Shown: one piece after another, positions 34,792 through 41,999 of the stretch
Position numbering within the stretch: position 1 is the first letter of the stretch
Layout of the letters: the number at the start of each line of letters is the position of its first letter
Source of the DNA: a virus
Lineage: Duplodnaviria > Caudoviricetes
Direction: 5' to 3' (one strand)
Virus record (IMG/VR): IMGVR_UViG_3300033067_000159
Span: 1 to 42,229 of that record
Length of the DNA stretch: 42,229 nucleotides
Notes under the pieces: generated by a model
What the model was told of the DNA's origin: nothing
Seen by the model: only the letters and a program-made list of their open reading frames with translations
Database searches by the model: none
Made by a program: the position numbers and the translations under genes

Positions 34792-35750
34792 CAGGCAGCC
34801 TTTCCAGTAGCGACCTCTGCAGCCTCTTCTTCTTCCTCCTGCGTGAGAAAGTAGAGCTCATCCAGAAGATCGAGGATCAGGTTAACAGCGTCATCAGGAT
34901 AGTTTTCAACCAGCTCCTTGATATCGCTTTCAGAAAAGGTAATGGCTGCATCCTCCAGAGAAGTAAGACCCGCCTTCTCGATAAAGAGTTCACGAGGCTT
35001 GGCCTTGACTTCGCTTGCAGGAACTTCCTTCAGCGACGACTTTTCTTCCCGCTCAGCCTTGGTATAGGCCGCCTGACTTGTTGAAGAGGCTGCCGGTCCA
35101 GTCCCTTTCCCACCAATTGTCGTGGTGTTCCGAAAAGGGACAGTACTTCCGGTACCCCCGTGGTACGAGTAGGACTCGAAGCTGTGGGAATTGGAAGCCC
35201 ACACACCCGGGAGGATTTCCGCTCCCGCCGACTTGTTCAGGATGATGTTGTGACCCAAGCTGTTCATCACAACGATCTTGTTGAATCCTCCGACACCGGA
35301 GATCTTCGAGAGAAGACCCTCGAAGGCAGCATCATTGAGGGGTTCGTCTCCCTTCCAGTTCTGAAGCAAGGGCTTGACGATCTCGTGAGCGAAGACCTCA
35401 GAATCCGTCTGGCCCTTTCCTCGATTGTACTCGTTCATGGTGCCATTGTGCATTAGTGCATACTGCACATCACCTTCCTTGTAGAAAGGGAAGGGGTGGA
35501 CATTGTCGGCGTTCTTGTTCCCGACTGAGCGAAGACGAAGATGAACGAACAGTTCGTTGTCCTTGGCTTCTTCCAGGATCTTGGCAAGAGCAGCGGGATC
35601 ATTGCCCTTGGGATTCCAGACACGAAGAATGTCCAGCTTGCCACGGTCGAAGACAGCCACCCCGAACCCATCATTGTTCTTCTGGCAAGCAATCTTGAGC
35701 TTGTCGAAGGGAATTTCAATACCGGCGGGACGATGAATGATGACACACAT
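34791..35750 (-). CDS. Class II (Ntn) glutamine amidotransferase
   Basis: N-terminal MC nucleophile, NNDGFG, HLR, NVHPF, HNG, TDSE, WASN. Confidence 0.9.
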   Translation of the reverse strand: MCVIIHRPAGIEIPFDKLKIACQKNNDGFGVAVFDRGKLDILRVWNPKGNDPAALAKILEEAKDNELFVHLRLRSVGNKNADNVHPFPFYKEGDVQYALMHNGTMNEYNRGKGQTDSEVFAHEIVKPLLQNWKGDEPLNDAAFEGLLSKISGVGGFNKIVVMNSLGHNIILNKSAGAEILPGVWASNSHSFESYSYHGGTGSTVPFRNTTTIGGKGTGPAASSTSQAAYTKAEREEKSSLKEVPASEVKAKPRELFIEKAGLTSLEDAAITFSESDIKELVENYPDDAVNLILDLLDELYFLTQEEEEEAAEVATGKAA

Positions 35751-35774
35751 GTTATTGACCTTTACGATAGGTTA

Positions 35775-37583
35775 TCAGGCGGCGTTGAGCGAGAGCGTGC
35801 CGTTGGTGGCGTGGGAGAGATGCAGGACACCACCGGACCAGGAGAAACGAGAAGTGTTGAAGATAGAGTTCAGGACTCCTGCAACACTTGCATGTGAGAG
35901 TTTCAGGTTTTTCTTCACCATCCTTTCGAAGGCGAGATCGGGATAGCCCGCACCGTGAGCGATGTGAGTGACCCGGGAGATATCGAGATGTTCTTCGATC
36001 TTCATGACACTGGAGATGTATCTCTTGAGGGTGGTGTACTGATTCTTCGGAGTCTTGTCCAGCCACGCCATGAACCCTTCCAAGGGATTGCTCTGGTAGG
36101 AGATGACATCCTGCGTGAAGTGGAACACTGCGTCAACAAGTTCCAGGTTCTTGATGACCGAAGTGAGATTCACGATACCCTTGAAGAGGCGAACCTCAAT
36201 GGTAGCGCGCTTGCTGGTGTTGACCACACCACGAATACCCGCCACGAAGGACAGCGCATCACGACGAGCGGCAACCTTGTTGGTCAGGGAAGTCTTGATG
36301 TTGGGCATCGAGCAGTAGTTGTTGAGCGTACCACGCTCCGAGATGTCGATCATGAAGCGCTGCATAGCCGGCGTAGTGAAGACCCACGCAAAGTCACGCT
36401 TGTGGCGATCGTTGTCGAACGATTCACGGGAGATGTGGACATGCATCCCGTTGTTGGTGTCCCTGGTAGTGTCGAACTTCTTCATGTTGAGCTTCTCGAA
36501 CCACCGGGTCCACAGCATCTTGTGAGCCTTGAACGACATCGGAAGAGTAACCATCTCATACCGGTAGTTCTTGCTTCCAGTGATGCTGGAGTCAGACTTA
36601 GCGCACAACCACACGCTGGGAACAGCGTCGATCAGTTCCCGGACACTGTAGTCGGTGGACAGTTCGAGTTCGACACCGTAGACCGGCATGTCAGCTTCCT
36701 TGGGAGAAGTAATGACACGCTGTCCGCCAGACGCGGCGAAGAAGTCGTAGCTGTATCCATGCAGCGAATAGAGACGTGCCCGAGAAAACCCAGTGTACTG
36801 GATCCGAATCGGGCTCCCCGAGAACGAACAGGTCACTTGGACGTTGTTGTCTCCGTTCTCCTGGAGGGTATCAAAAAGATTCTCCAGAGAAACACTAGAA
36901 ACAGGAGAGCCGTCCGCAATCTCCTGGATAGTGAACACATTGTTCCGTCCGACAGCGACACCATACTTAAGAGCCATGTAGAAAACACACCACTTGGTGA
37001 TGGCGCTGTTGGAAGACGATCTCAGATCAGAGAGAGAGATGCTGGAGATCGGCTTGGCATCAGACTGCTTGTGGAAGAAAGCCAACCGGCTCTTGAGGCT
37101 GGCCAAGGATTCCCGATCACGAGGGTCCAGGCTCCAGGCATCCGAAGTGACAGCCTTCACGAAGTGAAGAAAAACTCCCTCAATCCGCCACGTATTGGGA
37201 GCGATATGGCGAGGCATGTTCAGACGAAGAATGATGGAAGTCGGAGAGTGGGAGCTGTCGGCCTCGAACGTCGACAGGTGATCGAAAAGGAACGGAACAT
37301 GGTTCTTTTTGATCTCCCGAAGGATACCCGCCATGAGGAGGGCGGTCGAAGAGTAACCGGAGAACTGCATATAGCTTTCGAGATTCTTCTCCCAGACGAC
37401 CCCTGAGACACTGTACCACTCCCGAGCATTCGGGACCATGAAGTCGTTGAACGGAGTGGAGAACGAAAGATTCATACGTGTCCCAGCCCGGAGGAGGTCC
37501 AGAAGATCGATGTTACCCGTACCGAGCGGATTGGGAAGCACGATCGGCTGCGAATCAGGATAGTACTTGAATTCAACCGGCAT
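35775..37583 (-). CDS. Putative amidoligase (glutamine synthetase/GCS-like COOH-NH2 ligase) with ~290-aa N-terminal extension
   Basis: YGVELE, KSDSSI, EMVTLPM, GMHVHIS, TIEVRLFKG motifs. Confidence 0.85.
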   Translation of the reverse strand: MPVEFKYYPDSQPIVLPNPLGTGNIDLLDLLRAGTRMNLSFSTPFNDFMVPNAREWYSVSGVVWEKNLESYMQFSGYSSTALLMAGILREIKKNHVPFLFDHLSTFEADSSHSPTSIILRLNMPRHIAPNTWRIEGVFLHFVKAVTSDAWSLDPRDRESLASLKSRLAFFHKQSDAKPISSISLSDLRSSSNSAITKWCVFYMALKYGVAVGRNNVFTIQEIADGSPVSSVSLENLFDTLQENGDNNVQVTCSFSGSPIRIQYTGFSRARLYSLHGYSYDFFAASGGQRVITSPKEADMPVYGVELELSTDYSVRELIDAVPSVWLCAKSDSSITGSKNYRYEMVTLPMSFKAHKMLWTRWFEKLNMKKFDTTRDTNNGMHVHISRESFDNDRHKRDFAWVFTTPAMQRFMIDISERGTLNNYCSMPNIKTSLTNKVAARRDALSFVAGIRGVVNTSKRATIEVRLFKGIVNLTSVIKNLELVDAVFHFTQDVISYQSNPLEGFMAWLDKTPKNQYTTLKRYISSVMKIEEHLDISRVTHIAHGAGYPDLAFERMVKKNLKLSHASVAGVLNSIFNTSRFSWSGGVLHLSHATNGTLSLNAA

Positions 37584-38280
37584 TTTCGATTACCTTCTCC
37601 AAGTTGCCCTCAATCGACAGAGAGGGACAGAAGTTGTATTCACACACAGCGTAATTCCAAGACCCACCAGGAGTCTTATTGAGCATCACGTCCACAGCCA
37701 CCAGATGGGCAGCCTGGATGATAGGACACGCCAGGAGATGTGTCAGAACCTCAGTGTGCCTGAGACGACAGTTCTCCCAATTGTCGGTAGTGATGAACAC
37801 TGACCCGCAAGAATGGTTCCAAGGGACATCAGACGGAGTCCCTGGATCAACACGCTTGAAGAGCGTTAGCGTGTGCCGACCCTTCACGAAGATCAGTCGG
37901 TATTCCCATTTCTTGGGGAAGAAAGGGGAAGCGTAGTGAGTTGCTGGATTGAATTGCAACTCTGTACGTGGTACGATCTGAAATCCTGTTCCAGCCATAT
38001 GACGCAGAGGCCGGACAACACAACGATCAGACTCATAGCGCTCAGGAACATGAACACCTGCTTGGTGAATTGCATCACGTTGTCCTTTCTTAGTCTTTGA
38101 AGCGAACCTACGCAAGAGACGGTATGTCTCATCGGCGTTAGCCACGTTCTCAGGATAGCTCAGAAAGAAATCCCGAGACCAGTCTGCCCGATCTGTACGA
38201 GTCCCACGCGCCCCAAGCTTCTCGGCAAGAGCGCGAGGTGTGGTAAGGATACTCTTAGGACGGATGACGAATCTTGTCAC
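37573..38280 (-). CDS. ATP-grasp ligase (phage RimK/glutathione synthase-like)
   Basis: VVRPLRHMAGTG, EYRLIF, AVDVML, VCEYNFCPSL motifs. Confidence 0.82.
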   Translation of the reverse strand: MTRFVIRPKSILTTPRALAEKLGARGTRTDRADWSRDFFLSYPENVANADETYRLLRRFASKTKKGQRDAIHQAGVHVPERYESDRCVVRPLRHMAGTGFQIVPRTELQFNPATHYASPFFPKKWEYRLIFVKGRHTLTLFKRVDPGTPSDVPWNHSCGSVFITTDNWENCRLRHTEVLTHLLACPIIQAAHLVAVDVMLNKTPGGSWNYAVCEYNFCPSLSIEGNLEKVIENAG

Positions 38281-38497
38281 AGGGAATCACCTTTGTGTTT
38301 TTGAAAGTTGTATACCTGACTTTCTTTGGTCCGGACATGGACCGATCTAACACAACAGAGAACCTGCGTTTTAAGAACCCACATCGATTGTTGTTGTGCA
38401 TGATGTAGTAGTAATCGCTGGTCTCTTCGAGCACTTCCAGCTCAGATTCACCGTACTGGGAATAAAGTCTTTCACTCGGCAAGAACTTGACTTTCAT
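38255..38497 (-). CDS. Small SH3-like early protein with degenerate C-terminal tag
   Basis: ATGA-coupled start at 38497; tail GPKKVRYTTFKNTKV. Confidence 0.6.
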   Translation of the reverse strand: MKVKFLPSERLYSQYGESELEVLEETSDYYYIMHNNNRCGFLKRRFSVVLDRSMSGPKKVRYTTFKNTKVIPCDKIRHPS

Positions 38498-38817
38498 TGC
38501 ATCACCACAACCTTTTTGAATGACAGCCCGTATTTCTTTTTGGAAACGGGAGGCCACACCTTAGCTTCAAGGGAACGTTGAGGAACAGTAGGAACAGGAC
38601 TCGGGCGGCTGTAAGGACGAGGAGACGCGAAGGCGATACTTCCGTCCAAATAACGGAAGTTACGTGCTAGATACCTGCTGCGAACGTACTGTGGGAAAGA
38701 AGTCCGGATAATGGTCTGAACATGAAGGTACTCACCCATAAGGTAACCTTCCACACGGTCACCCACTCTCACCCATGAATTGCTGCTGGGACTTCTTGTG
38801 CAAAGAAAATTAGGCAT
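38494..38817 (-). CDS. Small early protein (SH3-like) with C-terminal WPP tag
   Basis: VRVGDRVEG; tail VWPPVSKKKYGLSFKKVVV. Confidence 0.65.
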   Translation of the reverse strand: MPNFLCTRSPSSNSWVRVGDRVEGYLMGEYLHVQTIIRTSFPQYVRSRYLARNFRYLDGSIAFASPRPYSRPSPVPTVPQRSLEAKVWPPVSKKKYGLSFKKVVVMQ

Positions 38818-39172
38818 TGACTGTTACCTTCCGCATGCTTTTATAACGGTTCACATTTCCTTCCGGCGGCCATCGTTTGACGAAAGACTTGGTATCAGCT
38901 GCAGTGAGCTGCTCTTCCAGAAAGAAGAACGAGGCACTGTGAGGTCGGTCGACAGGAGCACCAGTTTCGTAGTCGAAATCCCAACATCTTACAGGTTCAG
39001 GGAGTTCCACGAGGTATTCCACAGGACCGAAGTGAGAACGAAAAACCTCCCGAACAATTCCCGTCATACCCACAGACCCAGATGCGATTTCAACGGACTC
39101 ATCTTCGTCTTCACCCACCTCCATAGTGGGTTCCTGCGTAATGTTCACCAAAGACCCGATTTCATAAGGCAT
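38810..39172 (-). CDS. SH3/KOW-like early protein with C-terminal WPP tag
   Basis: YEIGSLVNI...GMTGIV...YLVE; tail RWPPEGNVNRYKSMRKVTV. Confidence 0.7.
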   Translation of the reverse strand: MPYEIGSLVNITQEPTMEVGEDEDESVEIASGSVGMTGIVREVFRSHFGPVEYLVELPEPVRCWDFDYETGAPVDRPHSASFFFLEEQLTAADTKSFVKRWPPEGNVNRYKSMRKVTVNA

Positions 39173-39196
39173 GTATTTATCACCCTACCAGATATT

Positions 39197-39397
39197 TTAA
39201 CCCGAGTTCCGGAACCTGTCAAGAGCCTCCAGATCCTCACGCAGTCGTCTCTGGAGGTACCGAAGCTCCTCCATCGTCATTTCGATCATGACGATATCGT
39301 GAGTAACCATGGCTTTCAGAATGGTGTCCCCAGGACTTTCGGATGGCTGTCCATCGGTGGAGAGGCACGATGGATTGTTCTCGGTATCCTGCGTCAT
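39197..39397 (-). CDS. Hypothetical protein
   Basis: GGAGG RBS before ATG 39397. Confidence 0.55.
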   Translation of the reverse strand: MTQDTENNPSCLSTDGQPSESPGDTILKAMVTHDIVMIEMTMEELRYLQRRLREDLEALDRFRNSG

Positions 39398-39536
39398 AGA
39401 CTGCCTCCAGGAGGTCAGAGAAGGTGTTGTGAAGAGCACTGTCAACAGGGAGAGTGCTGAGCGTAGACCGCAGCGCGTGGAGAATACTCGGAATATCCCT
39501 CTGCTTTATGCGCAGATTCAGGTAATTACGAGGCAT
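39237..39536 (-). CDS. Hypothetical protein (long 3' overlap with next gene)
   Basis: GGAGG RBS, ATG 39536; LEAVYDAGY motif. Confidence 0.55.
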   Translation of the reverse strand: MPRNYLNLRIKQRDIPSILHALRSTLSTLPVDSALHNTFSDLLEAVYDAGYREQSIVPLHRWTAIRKSWGHHSESHGYSRYRHDRNDDGGASVPPETTA

Positions 39537-39723
39537 CTTCGACACACCTCCAGTGGTCAACTCTTCGGTTGTTGTGGGTCAAGCCCTTGTATTCAGATGC
39601 GATGACCATTGGCGCTTGCATCTGACATTGAAGGACAGAAGCCGATTCATACATCGGCATGGTTGTGTACCTGCACTCACCGTTAGGTGAACACAGATAA
39701 ATCATCAAGAGGATGAGCTTCAT
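39526..39723 (-). CDS. Small Cys-containing exported/membrane protein
   Basis: Hydrophobic N-terminus MKLILLMIYLC, four Cys, terminal WRC; ATGA-coupled. Confidence 0.65.
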   Translation of the reverse strand: MKLILLMIYLCSPNGECRYTTMPMYESASVLQCQMQAPMVIASEYKGLTHNNRRVDHWRCVEDAS

Positions 39724-39983
39724 CGGAGAATTGCATCCTTGAATTGAAGGCGTCTACGGGATTCCTTGGGAGGCCAAGGAGTCTGTCTTGTTGAGATTCC
39801 GACAAGTGCTAACTCATCTTCACTGTAGTAGTAGCCATCGTCATTAGGAGCGTATCCGTCACAATTGTGACCCCTGAAGCCAGGTACAGAAACTCCATAA
39901 TACATATTAGCAACGTGGTGAACTACCACACCTACTACGTTTCTCTCTCGTACCTTTACTCTTTGGCCAATCTCGAATCTCAT
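39720..39983 (-). CDS. SH3/KOW-like early protein with C-terminal WPP tag
   Basis: FEIGQRVKV...GVV...YGV...GHNCDG; tail PWPPKESRRRLQFKD. Confidence 0.72.
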   Translation of the reverse strand: MRFEIGQRVKVRERNVVGVVVHHVANMYYGVSVPGFRGHNCDGYAPNDDGYYYSEDELALVGISTRQTPWPPKESRRRLQFKDAILR

Positions 39984-40306
39984 TTGACACACTGATCCTT
40001 GAAAGTGATTTTCTTCCTCTTCTTCTCAACAGGGGGCCACACAGAGAGTCTTGAAGAAAGAGCATCAAGGTAATCTTCCTTGATGAACCAGCCTCCGCAG
40101 TCTGTTGTAAGGTCTCTGATTCTTCCACTGAAGTTGTGACCACCTCTCCAGCCGTCGAAGTAGATACCAACATAGAGATCTTTGCCTCCATACATGTTGG
40201 TACGTTCCATAATCTCGACAACTTTTCCGGTCCTGCCCTGCAAAGTGCGACGGTCAGGACAATTGTCCTTGACTCTCACAATGTCTCCAACTTTGAACTT
40301 GCTCAT
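39980..40306 (-). CDS. SH3/KOW-like early protein with C-terminal WPP tag
   Basis: FKVGDIVRV...GRTGKV...VGIYFD...GHNFSG; tail VWPPVEKKRKKITFKD. Confidence 0.75.
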   Translation of the reverse strand: MSKFKVGDIVRVKDNCPDRRTLQGRTGKVVEIMERTNMYGGKDLYVGIYFDGWRGGHNFSGRIRDLTTDCGGWFIKEDYLDALSSRLSVWPPVEKKRKKITFKDQCVK

Positions 40307-40371
40307 TGGAAGTAGAACTCCGCGTAGTACCAGTACAGATCGTGCTCAGTGTGCATGATGATAGGAACCTT

Positions 40372-40536
40372 TCAGTCTTGGATGCACTGGCCACAGCCAC
40401 CGTAAGGTAAATGCCTCACAGTGTATCCTGCTTTTTTGAAGTAGCTAACCAAGCAGTCTCGCTCTGCTTCACAGTACACTGTTGCCACCAGAATCCAGTT
40501 CTTGTTGTTGGTGTTCAAGATCTCAATTCCGAACAT
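40372..40536 (-). CDS. Hypothetical protein (frame stays open beyond its TGA to 40303)
   Basis: GAGG RBS before ATG 40536 (MFGIEILN...). Confidence 0.55.
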   Translation of the reverse strand: MFGIEILNTNNKNWILVATVYCEAERDCLVSYFKKAGYTVRHLPYGGCGQCIQD

Positions 40537-40825
40537 GATGTTGCCTCTCGATAACAACAGTTTTCATACCGCTGTACCTCCTCATCCTGGGAGGTCTCAC
40601 TCCCTTCTTTATCAGAGTCATTTTTTGTGGGAGAACAAGAAGACCCTTAAAAGAAAGGCTGACACCACAGTCGTGAAGAAACTCCACTTTTGGAGACAAA
40701 CGAAACTCTACGACATAGTAGAAGTGCCTTCCAACTGTACGTTCTGAATGAACTCGACCAATTGCAGTCTTATTACCTTGGTGTGTCAGAACAACAGACA
40801 CAATATCTCCAGGATTAAAAACCAT
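40523..40825 (-). CDS. SH3/KOW-like early protein with C-terminal tag
   Basis: FNPGDIVSV...GRV...YVVEF...LHDCG; tail RPPRMRRYSGMKTVV; AGGAGG RBS. Confidence 0.72.
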   Translation of the reverse strand: MVFNPGDIVSVVLTHQGNKTAIGRVHSERTVGRHFYYVVEFRLSPKVEFLHDCGVSLSFKGLLVLPQKMTLIKKGVRPPRMRRYSGMKTVVIERQHHVRN

Positions 40826-40826
40826 T

Positions 40827-41207
40827 TCAACCTCCTAGCGCGACAACAGTCTTCATGTTGGAGTATCGCTTAGACTTTGGGTTGGGCCAAGTCTTTATTC
40901 GTGGAGAGATGCTTTCTATCTGGTCTCCGTAATACCTGCGACCTGTGTCAGCAGGGAGAATGTTACAAGTCCACAAACCATACATGGATGGATTATCACC
41001 AAAGTCAATACTATATAGAATATAGTCATTGTTCATATTGGTATTAAAGTTAAATTCGTTTACACCTACAACAACACCTTGGTAACCAATATTCATTTCC
41101 AGTTCATCGTCAGCAACGACTGCTACACGGTCACCAATACTAAATCTGTGGCTAGGCATCAACATTCCTTCTGGTAGAGGATGGCCGACAGAATAACCAT
41201 CGGCCAT
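40827..41207 (-). CDS. SH3/KOW-like early protein with C-terminal tag
   Basis: FSIGDRVAV...GYQGVV...YSIDF...LWTC; tail WPNPKSKRYSNMKTVV. Confidence 0.72.
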   Translation of the reverse strand: MADGYSVGHPLPEGMLMPSHRFSIGDRVAVVADDELEMNIGYQGVVVGVNEFNFNTNMNNDYILYSIDFGDNPSMYGLWTCNILPADTGRRYYGDQIESISPRIKTWPNPKSKRYSNMKTVVALGG

Positions 41208-41217
41208 CCTGAGTTTA

Positions 41218-41406
41218 TCACTTCTTGACGCAGCTGTTGCTAACTCTTCTTAAATCTTGACGAGCAGCTACGATTGCCTTTTTTCTGTTGTCAAAGAAAC
41301 CTAGCGTTACTTCACGTTTGTTCCGTTCCTTTTTGGTAAGGCGCCACCTGCCGTCTAGTTTGTAGACGCAATAGAACACCTTATCGTCGCGATAGATGGT
41401 GGTCAT
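41218..41406 (-). CDS. Small basic early protein
   Basis: GRWRL...LGFFDNRKKAI..AR resembles an AP2-like DNA-binding motif; TGATG-coupled. Confidence 0.6.
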   Translation of the reverse strand: MTTIYRDDKVFYCVYKLDGRWRLTKKERNKREVTLGFFDNRKKAIVAARQDLRRVSNSCVKK

Positions 41407-41561
41407 CACCGCTTGGAAGACATGGCCTTGCGGCTGCGACGCATATTCTCTTCCTGCGCCATGCGGCGGGCCCGGGCGATGGCGTCACCGACCGAGATGG
41501 TCTTGCGCTTGTAGCGATGCATCATGCGGTGGTGAGCGGCCTTGGTCTGAGCGATGGTCAT
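41406..41561 (-). CDS. 51-aa highly basic early protein (MTIAQTKAAHHRMMHRYKRK...SSKR)
   Basis: Translated by hand; GGAG RBS, coupled stop, GC3-rich codons. Confidence 0.7.
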   Translation of the reverse strand: MTIAQTKAAHHRMMHRYKRKTISVGDAIARARRMAQEENMRRSRKAMSSKR

Positions 41562-41587
41562 GTCTCTATCTCCGTTGTCGGGTCACA

Positions 41588-41636
41588 TGTGACACCGTAA
41601 GAGCACACTGCTAGAATGTGCTCTGGCTTTGTCACA
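41588..41636 (-). promoter_or_regulatory. Intergenic stem-internal loop-stem hairpin (RNase III-site-like)
   Basis: TGTGACA/TGTCACA outer stem and AGAGCACA/TGTGCTCT inner stem. Confidence 0.5.
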
Positions 41637-41657
41637 CGTAGTTTGTGTATCTCCTAT

Positions 41658-41858
41658 TCAGAAATTGCGTAAGAAACCGCTGAGAGGTTCAAAGTGCAGG
41701 CCGTCCGGACCACACTCACCGAAACCTTCACTTCGATTGTCAAAACAGTCCGACCAGTGAACACCCGTAACAGGGTTGCTCTCGACTAGTTTGTGGTGCG
41801 AACACTTGTGGGAGCTGTTGACTTCATGATGGAAACGACACTGAACACAGTATTTCAC
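41658..41858 (-). CDS. Small Cys/His-rich early protein
   Basis: CVQCRFH...C...C..NR....ECGPDG..FEP; GAGG RBS, GTG start. Confidence 0.7.
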   Translation of the reverse strand: MKYCVQCRFHHEVNSSHKCSHHKLVESNPVTGVHWSDCFDNRSEGFGECGPDGLHFEPLSGFLRNF

Positions 41859-41883
41859 AGCATCCTCTTATGACAAAGGCCGA

Positions 41884-41960
41884 TGGTCCAAACGGAGGGA
41901 CTCGAACCCCCAACCAACAGAGTAGAAGTCTGTTGCTCTATCCAGTTGAGCTACGTTTGG
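41884..41960 (-). tRNA. trnR: tRNA-Arg(TCT)
   Basis: CCAAACG TA GCTC AACTGGATA GAGC A ACAGA CTTCTAC TCTGT TGGTT GGGGG TTCGAGT CCCTC CGTTTGG A CCA; canonical cloverleaf. Confidence 0.93.
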
Positions 41961-41999
41961 ATGCGACCGTGCGACCGGCCTTGATGATAGGAAGCAAAC

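Noticed and set aside
35955-37406. 483-aa plus-strand ORF
   Set aside because: Antisense shadow of the amidoligase gene caused by its GC3-rich codon bias; no motifs, and it opposes the arm's transcription direction.
38780-39460. 226-aa plus-strand ORF
   Set aside because: Antisense to coupled minus-strand early genes with good RBSs; no recognisable features.
41884-41960. Possible amber suppressor because CTA occurs in the anticodon loop
   Set aside because: The 7-nt loop CTTCTAC places TCT, not CTA, at positions 34-36.
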